Shown here piece by piece: positions 49,913 to 61,764 of a stretch of 64,000 bases of DNA (position 1 is its first letter; each line of letters opens with the position of its first letter). Position numbers and translations under genes: made by a program. Under the pieces are notes generated by a model. It saw nothing but the letters and a program-made list of their open reading frames with translations. It made no database searches and was not told where the DNA came from. Where the stretch lies: positions 39,186,001 to 39,250,000 of the forward strand of contig NC_086097.1 in the NCBI RefSeq assembly GCF_963921235.1, given 5' to 3'. The DNA comes from Mobula hypostoma. Its lineage: Eukaryota.

Positions 49913-50539
49913 CCAATTGTCGGAGAATTCAGTTTAATTCAAAGTATTGTAAGAATTGATGCCTTAATGGTTAATTAAAGTATAGCTGACCATAGAGAAA
50001 AAAAACTCAGAGGTAATGGAGCGAGTCAAGAACGCGACTTCACTCCATGAGCGCTACCGGAAGTCCCCGATATATGTTTCTGTATTAGCCATTGTTAAAG
50101 CTCTCAAAGTCTGGAATATGGCTGTAGTTGCTCCCTTGTTTAGGAAGGGTAGTGAGGACGAGCCAAGGAACTCCAGGCCTGTCAGTCTAACATAAGTAGT
50201 GGGGAAGTTACTGGAGGGAATTCTGAGTGACAGGATCTAGCAACATTTCGATAGGTAGTTTCTGATTAGGAGTCAGCATGGTTTTGTGTATGGAAAGTCA
50301 TAGTTGATGAACCTTTGAGAGTTTTTTTTTGAAGAAGTAACCAAAAAAGTAGATGAGGGTATTGTCTATTTGAAACTTTTGCAAGACCTCCAATAAGGTG
50401 CCACATTGTAGGACACCTGGAAGGTTAGATTCAATGGAATCCATGGAGGTAATGCAGATTCGTGGCTTGAAGGTAGGATACAGAGGAAGGTGGTTGTTGG
50501 GGTGTGTTCTAGAGTTATTGTATATAGCAAATACTAAGT

Positions 50540-52795
50540 TCTACAAGACCATAAGATATAGGACCAAAATTAGGCCATTTGTCTGATCGAGTCTGCTCTG
50601 CCATTTCAACATGGCTGATCCAATTTTCCTCTGTGCCCCAATTTCCTGACTTTCCCTTCTATCCATCGTGCCCTGACTAATCAAGAATTTATCAACCTCT
50701 GCCTTAAATATACATAGAGACTTGGTCTCCACAGTTGTCTGTGGCAAAGAGTTCCACAGATTCACCACCCTCTGGTTAAAGAAATTCCTCCTTATCTCTG
50801 TTCCAGAGGCTGTGTCCTCTGGTCTTAGACTCTTTCACCATAGGAAATATCCTCTCCACATCCACTCTATCAAGATCTTTCACCATTTGATAGGTTTCAA
50901 TGAGGTCACCCCTCATTCTTCTGAATTTCAGTGATTATAGGCCCAGAGCCATCAAATGCTCTTCATATGACAAGCCATTCAATCCTGGAATCATTTTCAT
51001 GAACATCCTTCGAACCCTCTCCAATCTCAGCACATCCTTTCTAAGATAAGGGCCCAAAACTGCTCACAATACTCCAAGTGAGGCCTCATCAATGCTTTAT
51101 AAAGTTTCAACATTACATCCTTGCTTTTATATTCTAGTCCTCTTGAAATGAATGCTAACATTGCATTTGCCTTCCTCTCCACAGACTCAACCTACAAATT
51201 AACCTTTTGGGAGTCCTGCATAAAGACTCCCAAGTCCCTTTGTGTCTCAGTTTTTTATATTTTCTCTCCATTTAGAAAATAGTCAACCCTTTCATTTCTT
51301 CTACCAAAGTGCATAGCCATGCACTTCTTGACACTGTATTCCATCTGCCATTTTTTTGCTGGTTCTCCTAATCTGTCTTAAGTCCTTCTGTCGCCTCTCT
51401 ACTTCCTCAAAACTACCTGTCCTCCACCTACCTTCATATCGTCTGCAAACTTTGCAACAAAGCCATCAATTCCATTATCCAAATCACTGACATATAACAT
51501 AAGAAGAATCGATCCCAACACAGACCCCTGTGGAACACCACTCGTCACTGGTAGCTAGCCAGAAAAGGCTCCCTTTATTCCTACTCTTTGCCTCCTGCAA
51601 ATCAGCCACCACTTTATCCATGCTTGAATTTTCCCTATAATACCATGGGCTTGTAGCTTGTTAAGCAACCTCATGTGTGGAACCTTGTCAAAGGCCTTCT
51701 GAAAATCCAAGTGCACAACATCAACCGATTCTCCTTTGTCTATCCTGCTTGTTACTATTTCAAAGAATTCCAACAGATTTGTCAGGGAAGTTTTCCCTTG
51801 AAACCATGCTGACTATGGCCTATTTTATCATGTAGCTCCAAGTACCCTGAGACCTTAATCCTTAATAATTGACTCCAACATCTTCCCAACCACTGAGTTC
51901 AGACTAATGGCTTTGGTTCCTTTCTTCTGCCTCCCTCCGTTCTTGATGAATGGAGTGACATTTGCAATTTTCCATCTTTTGGAACCATTCCGGAATCTAC
52001 TGATTCTTAAAAAATCATTACTTAATGCCTCCACGATATCTTCAGCCACCTCTTTCAGAACTCTGTGGTGTACACCATCTGGTCCAGATGAGTTATCTAA
52101 CTTCAGACCTTTCAGTTTCCCAAGAACCTTCTCTCTAGTAATGGTAACTTCACACACTTCATGCTCCCTGACACTTGAAACTTCCACTGTACTGCTAGTG
52201 TCTTCAACGGTGAAGACTATGCAAAATACTTATTCAGTTCATCTGCTGTTTCATTATCTTCCATTACCAGCTCTCCAGCATCATTTTCCAGCATTCCAAT
52301 GCCCACTCTCGTCTCTCTTTTACACTTTTGGTATCCTCTTTAAAAGTTTTGGCTAGCTTACTTTGTATACCCTCTTTATCTTAATGACTTTTTTAGTTGC
52401 CATCTGTTGGTTTTTAAAAGCTTCCCAATCCTCTAACTTCCCACTAATCTTTACTCTATGATATGCTCTCTCTTTGGTTTTATGTTGGCTTTGACTTCTT
52501 TTGTAAGCCATGATTGTGTTATCTTTCCTTCAGAATACTTCTTCCTCTTTGGGATGTATACATCTTGTGCCTTCAAATTGCTTCCAGAAATATCAGCCAT
52601 TGCTGCTGTGCCGTCATTCCTGCCAGTGCTCTTTTCCAGTCAATTCTCCTCTCTCATGCCTCTGTAATTTCCTTTACTGATACATCTCACTTTAGCTTTT
52701 CCTTCTCAAATTTTAGGGTGAATTCAATCATATTATGATCACTTGCCCCTAAAAGTTCTTTTACCTTAAGCTCGCTAATCAATTTTGGTTCATTG
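50540..52795 (-). mobile_element. CR1 LINE 3' half with (tatggtct) tail
   Basis: LDFQKAFDKVPH, GPDGVH, NLWNSLP. Confidence 0.85.
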
Positions 52796-54480
52796 AAGTA
52801 ACACACAAAAAATGCTGGAGGAACACAGCAGGCCAGGCAGCATCTATGAAAAAAAGTATTGTTGATGTTTCGGGCTGAAACCCTTCGGCAGGATTGGAGA
52901 TAAAAAGATGAGAAGTAAATTTAAAAGGTGGGGGGAGGGGAGAGAGAAACACAAGGTGATAGGTGAAACCTGAAGGGGGAGGGTAAAGTAAAGATCTTGG
53001 AAGTTGATAGGTGAAAGAGACAAAAGGCCATGGAAGAAAGTAAAGGGGGGAGGAGCACCAGAGGGAGTCGATGGGTGGGCAAGGAGATAAGGTGAGAGAG
53101 GAAAAGGGGGATGGGAAATGGTGAAGGAAAGGGGGCGTGGGGGGGCATTACCGGAAGTTTGTGAAATCAACGTTCATGCCATCAGGTTGGAGGCTACCCA
53201 AATGGAATATAAGTTGTTGTTCTTCCAACCTAAGTGTGGTCTCATCATGACAGTGGAGGAGGCCATGGTTGGACATACGGGAATGGGAATTGAATTAAAA
53301 TGTGTGGCCACTGGTAGATCCCACTTTTTCTGGCGAACAGAGTGAGGATGCTTGGTGAAGCGGTCTCCCAATCTACGTCGGGTCTCACACTTGCAGCACC
53401 GGACACAGTATATGACCCCAACAAACTCACAGGTGAAGTGTCGCTACACCTGGAAGGACTGTTTAGGGCCCTGAATGGTAGTGAGGGAGGTGGTGTTGGG
53501 GCAGGTGTGGTACTTGTTCTGCTTGCAAGGATAAGTGCCAGTAGGGAGATCAATGGGGAGGAACGAATAGACAAGGGAGTTGTGGAAGGGAGCAATCCCT
53601 GTGGAAAGCAGAAAGCCGGGGAGGGGGGGCGCGGTTTAGGTAAGGGTGTGCTTGATGGTGGGATCCCGTTGGAGATGGCGGAAGTTTTGAAGAATTAGGT
53701 GTCGGATGTGGAGGCTGGTGGGATGGTAGGTGAGGACGAGAGGAACCCTAACTTGGTAGGGTGGCGGGAGGATAGGGTAAGAGCAGACGTGCGTGAAATG
53801 GAAGAGATGCGGTTGAGGGCTAAGTTAATGGTAGAGGAAGGGAAGTCACTTTCTTTGAAAAAGGAGAACATCTCCCTCAGTCTAGAATGAAAAACCTCAT
53901 TCTGAGAGCAGATGCGGCAGAGGTGGAGGAATTGAGAGAAGGGGATGCACTTTACAAGTAACAGGGTGGGAAGAGGTATAGTCTTGGTAGCTGTGAGAGT
54001 CCGTGGGTTTGTAATAGACATCAGCGGATAAACTGTCTTCAGAGATAGAGACAGTGAGATTGAGAAAGGGGAAAGTGGTGTCAGAAATGGACCAGGTAAA
54101 TTTAAGGGCAGGGTGGAGGTTGGAGGCAAAGTGGATAAAGTCAATGAGTTCAGCATGGGTGCAGGAAGCAGCACCAATGCAGTCGACAATGTAGCGTAGG
54201 AAAAGTGTGGAGATGGTCACCAATGTAGGCTTGGAACATAGACTGTTCCACGTAGCCGACAAACAGGCAGGCATAGCTGGGACACATGTGAGTGCCCATG
54301 GCGACACTTTTTGTTTGAATGAAGTGGGAGAAGCCAAAGGAGAAATTATTTAGAGTGAGGATGTTCTGCTAGGCAGAGGAGAGTGGTGGTGGAAGGGAAG
54401 GTTAGGGCTGGTCCAGTCCCTATACACCTTCATCCCCCACCAGGAAGGCCTCAAAGCTCTCTGTTTCTTTCTGGAAAGTT
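52796..54480 (-). mobile_element. PLE with RT remnant, GIY-YIG end and pLTR
   Basis: Frameshifted PLE RT: AMGTHM..SYACLF, FLRYIVD, FTWSIS..FL, YYKPTDSHSY.DYTSSHP; hammerhead-like motif near 52860-52895. Confidence 0.87.
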
Positions 54481-55399
54481 CTGAGGATCTCTGGTTTATT
54501 GAATTTAATTTCAAGAACAACCAGTCTTCAGACCTGAAAGTGGATTTTAAATTGAGTTTAAGGTGCAGCTTGGAATAATGGTGTTCTTGGAGCTGCAGAC
54601 TGGGTTTCATTGCAAACCAAGAAGAACCCCATGAAGAGGCAGTAGTGATTAACATTCATTTTGGGTGTCTGGAGTGTTGGTGTTTGAAAACTATATGTAA
54701 TTCAAAAGGAGCATTATGGATGCAGTGTCAGTATAGAGTTATCCTTTGATCTTTAGCATCTAAAAATGTCATGTAAAATGGGGTCAGGGAGTCTCTTCTA
54801 AGAGTGTCTTGAGTATGAAGCCTGCTTGTGTGCTGAATAAAGGCTTTTTTTATCACCAGCTTCAGTGTCTCCTGATGACTTTGTGCACAGACACAGCAGT
54901 GGTTGAGGGTTATTTCTTGGAATGGAGGCCGGTGACTAGTCCTGGCTGCAAGGGTCAGTGTTGGGACCTTTTTTTATTAGTTTTTATATAAAGGACCTGG
55001 ATGCAAATGCACAAGGCTTGATCAGTGAATCTGTGAAATTAGGAGGCATTCTTGATAATGAAGAAGCTTGTCATAGATTACAAGAGGATCTGTATCAATT
55101 AGAATGTGGCTGAGGAGTGGCACACTAGCGTAGGATGTACTATAACAATTTGTTAGAATCTTTGGTGACATACCAAATCTCCTCAAACTCTTGCTGCTGA
55201 GCCCCTTTCATAACTCAACAATATACTGGGCCCAGGATAGATCTTCAGAGATGATGACACCCAGGCACTATGAACGGTGAGGCACTAGGGTGTGTAATGC
55301 AACAAAGGGTCTTAAAGTGCATTGTTCACTGAAGACAGGTTCACACGTAGAAGGGGTGGTGAAGAAGGTTAACCGTCATCAGCCGGGGCATTGAAGGAC

Positions 55400-56090
55400 A
55401 ACTGTCAAGATCTCTGAGGATCTAACCTGGTCCCAACATATTGATGTAGTCATAAAGAAGGCAAGACAGCGGCTATACTTTATTAGGAGTTTGAAGCAAT
55501 TTGGCATGTCGACAAATACACTCAAAAACTTCTATAGTTGTACCATGGAGTGCATTCTGATAGGCTGCATCACTGTCTGGTATGGAGGGGCTACTGCACA
55601 GGACCAAAAGAAGCTGCAGAAGGTTGTAAATCTAGTTAGCTCCATCTTGGGCACTAGCCTACAAAGTACCCAGGACATCTTTAGGGAGCGGTGTCTCAGA
55701 AGGGCAGTGTCCATTATTAAAGGCCTCCAGCACCCAGGGCATGCCCTTTTCTCACTGTTACCATCAGGTAGGAGATGCAGAAGCCTGAAGGCACACACTC
55801 AGCAATTCAGGAACAGCTTCTTCCCCTCTGTCATCCGATTCCTAAATGGACATTGAAGCTTTGGACACTACATCACTTTTTAAATACACAGTATTTCTGT
55901 TTTTGCACATTTTTAAAAATCTGTTCCATATACGTAATTGATTTACTTGTTTTATCTATTTTTATTTTATTTATCATTATTTTTTCTGTCTCTGCTAGAT
56001 TATCTATTGCATTGAACTGCTGGTGCTAAGTTAACAAATTTCACGTCACATGCTGGTGATAATAAACCTGATGCTGATTTTGATTCTGAT
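55400..56090 (+). mobile_element. Rex1/Babar 3' fragment
   Basis: KKARQRLYF, CITVWYG, HPGHALFSLLPSGRR, FRNSFFP; (ctgatt) tail. Confidence 0.82.
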
Positions 56091-57640
56091 ATTTTACACA
56101 GAAGGTGATGAGTACATGGAATGAGCTGCCAGCGGAAGACATTGAGCTATGTAGAGTTCTGTCATTTAAGAAACACTGGGATAGGAAGGATGGGTCTTAA
56201 AGGGATATAGGCCAAAGCCAGAAATCTAGGATTAGCTGAGTGGGACCGTGGTTGGCGTGGGCTCGTTGGGTTGAAGGGCCTGCGTCCATGCTCCTTTGCT
56301 CTATAACCATGAATTTTGTGTCAAGTTCCATGCCTCTATCTTCAAATATCCTTTAGCGCAAAGGCTGAGTCGGATTATTGAAAGCACGGTAAATTACATG
56401 ATTAGTGCCTGTCGTCACAGAGATGTGGGATGTGATCTAAGTTTTCTATGGTTTTTGAGGGCAGTGTGGTGCAGCAGAGAAGGGTCGGAAGAGAATCTTT
56501 CTCTTGCAGATGTTGACTATAATGCCCTTCCTTTCATGTGCTTTAGTAAAAGCATGGTATCTTTGGTGATATAAGTTTTTGTGTAGTTGAAACATTTTTG
56601 ATCTGTGCTCTCTATGAATTAAGTTTTGCAGCTAAATTGCAGTTTTATTTGTATCACTCTAATTTGCGCTGACGTTCCATTTGACTTTTAACATTGACTA
56701 CTAACCGCTAAGTATTATGTTTTCTAAGCAGCGCAGGAGTGTTCAGAACATTGGACATGAAGTGTATAATGAACAATTTTGTAAAAAGAACTGAACATTG
56801 AGAAATGTAGAACAGTTTTGTTTGCGTAGCCAGAGTTAGTTAGGGATAAGAATGCAGGATCAGATTTTAAAAAAGTGGAACTAATGAAATTATAGTTTAA
56901 GTTTTGTGAGAATAACCACAGTGTTTTCACAAACAAGAGAAAATCCGCAGATGCTGGAAATCCGAACAACACACATAAAATGCTGGAGGAATTCAGCAGG
57001 CCAGGCAGCATCTATGGAAAAAAGTACAGTTGATGTTTCGGGCTAAAACCCTTCAGTAGGACTGGAGAAAAACAGCTGAGGAGTGGATTTAAAAGGTGGA
57101 GGGGAGGGAGGGGAGAGAAACACCAGGTGATAGGTGAAAGCTAGACGGGGAGGGATGAAGTAAAGAGCTGGGAAGTTGATGGTGAAAGAGACAGAAGGCT
57201 GTGGAAGAAAGAAGAAGGGGGGGGAGGAGCACCAGAGGGAGGCGATGGCCGGGCAAGGAGATAATGTGAGAGAGGGAAGAGGGGATGTTTAATTGTGAAA
57301 GGGGGGGGGGCGGTGGAGACCATTACCAGAAGTGTGAGAAATCAATGTTCATGCCATCAGGCTGGAGGCTACCCAAACGGAATACAAGGTGTTTTTCCTC
57401 TAACCTAAGTGTGTCCTCATCACGACAGTGGAGGAGGCCAGGGATGGACATATTGGAATGGGAATGAGAAGTGGAATTAAAAACGGGTGGCCACTGGGAG
57501 ATCCCGCTTGTTCTGGCGGGCAGAGTGTAGATGCTTGGTGAAGTGGTCTCCCAGTCTATGTCAGGTCTTATCAATATACAGGAGCCCACACCGGGAGCAC
57601 CGAACACAGTAAATGACCCCAACAGACTCACAGGTGAAGT

Positions 57641-58482
57641 TAAAAACGCAAACACGAGGGATTCTGCAGATGCTGGAAAACCAGCAACTTTGATGTACTA
57701 CACATGCCCTTATACTTCCTCCCTTACCCCCATTCAGGGCCCAAGACAGTCCTCCAGGTGAGGCAACACTTCACCTGTAAGTCGGCTGGGGTGATATACT
57801 GCGTCCGGTGCTCCCGATGTGGCCTTCTACATTTTGGCGAGACCCGTCACAGACTGGGAGACCGCTTTGCTGAACACCTACGCTCTGTCCGCCAGAGAAG
57901 CAGGATCTCCCAGTGGCCACACATCTTAATTCCACATCCCATTCCCATTCTGACATATCTATCCACGGCCTCCTCTACTGTAAAGATGAAGCCACACTCA
58001 GGTTGGAGGAACAACACCTTATATTCCGTCTGGGTAGCCTCCAACCTGATGGCATGAACATTGACTTCTCAAACTTCCACTAATGCCCCACCTCCCCCTC
58101 GTACCCCATCCGTTATTTATTTATATACACACATTCTTTCTCTCTCTCTCCCTCTCTCTCTCCTTTTTCTCCCTCTGTCCCTCTGACTATACCCCTTGCC
58201 CATCCCCTGGGTTCCCCCCCCTTTTCCTTCTCCCTGGGCCTCCTGTCCCATGATCCTCTCATATCCCTTTTTCCAATCACCTGTCCAGCTCTTGGCTCCA
58301 TCCCTCCCCCTCCTGTCTTCTCCTATCATTTTGGATCTCCCCCTCCCCCTCCCACTTTCTAATCTCTTACTAGCTCTTCCTTCAGTTAGTCCTGACGAAG
58401 GGTCTCGGCCCGAAACGTCGACTGTACCTCTTCCTAGAGATGCTGCCTGGCCTGCTGCGTTCACCAGCAACTTTGATGTGTG
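57641..58482 (+). mobile_element. Young PLE inserted in opposite orientation into a PLE, with a 13-bp TSD
   Basis: tcacaggtgaagt at 57628-57640 and 58483-58495; GIY-YIG VIYCVRCSRCG. Confidence 0.9.
58388..58423 (+). ncRNA. Minimal hammerhead ribozyme (PLE pLTR)
   Basis: AGTC-CUGACGA-A-GGG(tctcgg)CCC-GAAAC-GUC^GACU. Confidence 0.83.
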
Positions 58483-59205
58483 TCACAGGTGAAGTGTTGC
58501 CTCACCTGGAAGGACTGTTTAGGGACCTAGATGGTAGTGAGGGAGAATTTGTAGGGGCAGGTGTAGCACTTGTTTCACTTGCAAGGATAAGTGCCAGGTG
58601 GGAGATCAGTGGGGATGGACGAATGGACAAGGAGGTTACGTAGGGGGTGATCCTTGCGGAAAGCAGGAAGTGGGGTAAGGGAAAGATGTGCTGGGTGGTG
58701 GGATCCCATTGGAGGTGGCAGAAGTTCCGGAGAATATGTGCTGGATGCGGAGGTTGATGGGATGGTAGGTGAGGACAAGAGGAACCCTATCCTTGGTAGT
58801 GTGGCGGGATGGATGGGGTTGCCCTTGGTCTTTTTTTTTTGACTTTTGCGATTACTTTGTGAGATAGATTGAACTTCTAAGTTGTTCCAAGTTAACATAA
58901 TCCCCTGTTACAATAAATTTTGTCAGGCTGAATTTCTGAAAGAAAGCATATAGACTGCTGTAACGCTTGTCAAAACTGTTTAGATTAATTATTGGAGGGT
59001 TGGGAGAAAATGGATCAAGAATTTATTAATTGCAACAAAATCTTTATAAAAATATCTTTGTGATAGTTCCAGCTTTGAGCAGTGGTTTTGGGTGGAGCAA
59101 ACATTAAAGTACTTTTTGAAGGAAAATATATTGAGGGCCAAATAGAAATTACTTGGGTATTTGAAAAATTGTTTTGAAATAATGGATATTTAAATCCAAT
59201 TTCAG

Positions 59206-59452
59206 ACCTACAACCAAAGTCAGTGTTCCAAGAGGAGCATTTACAAAACCATTATAGGAAATGGTAACAAGTCGTTTCGCCTTTACGCTAATAGTCCACG
59301 AATGGTTCCAAATGGTCTAAATCCTGCTGCATACAAGATGTACATAACTACTGGAGAATACGAATCAAATAATATATCAAGAATTACAACAAAGCATGGA
59401 AGAAAGTCGGGTGTTGTACTTCCAGAATCATTCATGTACAGCCGATGTCCAG
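59206..59452 (+). CDS. FANCM: FANCM coding exon (about exon 11): TYNQSQCSKRSIYKTIIGNG...SPRMVPNGLNPAAYKMYIT...SRCP
   Basis: tttcag acceptor, gtatga donor; 247 nt, phase 0/1. Resembles human IYNQSQSNKRSIYK...SPRMVPDGINPKLHKMFIT. The donor choice is less certain. Confidence 0.9.
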
Positions 59453-59809
59453 GTATGATGTATAGATAGCACATTTTTGAATTTTGTGCATGGATTAGTG
59501 AATCTTGCTTATTGATTTTAAATTTGGAAATAAGGGAATAATATTCCACTGTATTTACAAGAGACTTATTTAAACAGTGGTTGATTAAAATCAAAATTCT
59601 TGCCTACAGACTTAATATCTTTGGATGATATTTTGGAAAGCTTAAAATTGACTTTGATCAGCATCAAAGTTTAGTTCAAGGGATATGGAATGTAGCATGC
59701 AAGTACAATAATTGATCAAAAGGCTTTTTTGTCATGGTGCCATCAGCATACTTGCCCAATCATATTGCTGTTTGGAGTTGCAGCTTGGTTTAATGATCCA
59801 TAGCATTAT

Positions 59810-60285
59810 GCATTTCAAAGTTCAATGTAAATTTGTTTTCAAAGTACATAATATCACCATATACAACCCTGAGATTCATTTTCTTGGGGGCATACACAGT
59901 AACTCCAAGATTTTCCATAGAATCAATGAAAGACTGCACCTTGCAGACCAATGTGCAAATACAAAAGAGAGAAAAAAATATATCGAGAACATGAGATGAA
60001 GAGTCCTTGAAAGTGAGTCCGTCGTTTGTGGAAACAGTTCAGTGACTGGGTGAATGAAGTTATCTCCTCAGGTTCAAGAGCCTGATGGTTGGAAGGGTAT
60101 TAACTGTTCCTGAACCTGGTGGTGTGTGTTCTGAGGTTCCTGTACCTTTTTCCTGATGGCAGCAGCAAGAAGACACCACAGCCTTAGGTGGTGATGATGG
60201 ATGCTGCTTTCCTGCAACAACGCTCTGTGTAGATGTGCTCAATGGTGGGGAGGGCTTCACACACTGGGCCATATCCACAAACAAC
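59810..60285 (-). mobile_element. Rex1/Babar 3' fragment
   Basis: Minus-strand LLPSGKRYRNL...FRNS segment. Confidence 0.6.
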
Positions 60286-61764
60286 TTTGATGTTTTCCTT
60301 TTAAGTTAGAGCCCAGGTGAATTTCGAAGCATTTCAAGCTTTCCAAAAACTGTATGGCCTTTTAGTGCCACTAATCCGATATCCTTGACTTTAAGCAACC
60401 CCCACGTCCCCATTTTCAGTGAATGAATATTTAAGCAAAAATGCCAATTTTCCTTTAGAAGATCATTCAGTTTCGTTAGATAAGCCATCATGTCTGCATG
60501 TGTTTTTATTTATTCCTGACCAGCAATTCCTGTGCATGAGTTCCTTGGCTACAGAAGACCAGGCTTACTAAAATTCATCTTTACTCAAATTCTTTCCTAT
60601 ATCAGTCAATGTTTAGATGTGAATATTTTTTAGCCTAACAAATAGTATTGGAATGTTTGATATTCATTTAAAGGAGGGACTGGAAGTGCATGGACGGGAA
60701 CCAGCAGTTATCACTGGTTCCGTCTCGATGCCACATCCTGCTGGGTTTCAAATCATGAATGAATTATAAGCTTTGCCAAAGAAAATCACTACTGTGTGGT
60801 ATATTTTTAGGTTCTTCTCTGAGGTGGTAGACATTGTACAGATGGCAGGAACTGAGGGTTGCAAGCGTTTTAAAACTGGGCTGAACCTAATTTCTTTTGA
60901 TATTCAGTAATATCTAACAGATGGTGTTAATGAATAATAAGTCATGACAATCAAAAAATACAGGTCATAGTGTGATATAATTGCAGAGCCTTATTAGCCT
61001 TAGTTGTTAACTAATGGTGATGGGTCATATTGTCATTGTCAATAGAAGAGCTTAATATGTAGAAATTATTCCACAGCATTTATGCAGAAGTCATGAACAT
61101 GATCTGAGTGTAGCTTTAGTTGCCTCGACCCCCTAATCAATCAGTCAATCAAATCTTCAGTATCTCTCTTTAGCTGCAAGCAAATCAGTTTTTAATATGT
61201 AAATAGCATGCTCATGTGGTTTTATTATCATCCTACCATCTGGGTGGTAAAATATTGTAAGGAATGGAAGTACTGTTTCTAAACCAGGAAGAGGAGGCTC
61301 AACTGTTTCAGGCAATAGGTTTTTAAACTTGGCTTTGGCCGAAGCCCGAGTCTGTAAATCTTTGCTAGTTCGTTGGGAAAGTTGAAGGCCCAGTATCTGC
61401 GTGTCCCATTCACTGGAGGCTGGAGGCTGGAGGCTGAAGAAAGCCTGTTCTGGGGTTAGAGGACTGTGTTTGTGTGCTGGTGGGAGAGGGGAACAGGGCT
61501 TGTTTTGCTGTTGTTGTTTTGTTCTGTATTGTTCTGCCGAGCATTGAGGGTGTGCTATGTTGGCGCTGGAAAGTTGGCAAAACTTGTGAGCTGCCCCCAG
61601 CACACCCTCAAGTGTGTTGGTTGTTAATGCAAATGATGCATTTCCATGTATGTTTCAATATACACGTGATAAAAAAACTTGAATCTTCAATCCCTCAGTC
61701 CGCATACAGCTCCGTTCCCCCACTGTTCTTCTCAAAAGTCGCAGACCTAAGCATTGACTTTTAG

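Larger units (their letters stand above)
44163..50068 (-). mobile_element. Full-length L1-clade LINE (5.9 kb) with a 13-bp TSD
   Basis: gatatatgtttct at 44150-44162 and 50069-50081; 5' end GGGGACTTCCGG; AATAAA near the 3' end; ORF1 and ORF2 present. Confidence 0.95.
41540..56305 (+). mobile_element. Highly fragmented CR1 host (ORF1 about 41890-42200; EN about 42230-44160; RT 50070-50500 and 54900-56300) of a nested TE cluster
   Basis: Collinear CR1 motifs resume after each insertion (REEIAMALTEI across the L1 TSD; GKLLEGIL; WRPVTS). Boundaries are approximate. Confidence 0.6.
56929..58820 (-). mobile_element. Older PLE 3' fragment interrupted by a younger PLE
   Basis: LEEKHLVFRLGSLQPDGMNIDF; sequence resumes after 58495. 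Confidence 0.85.
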
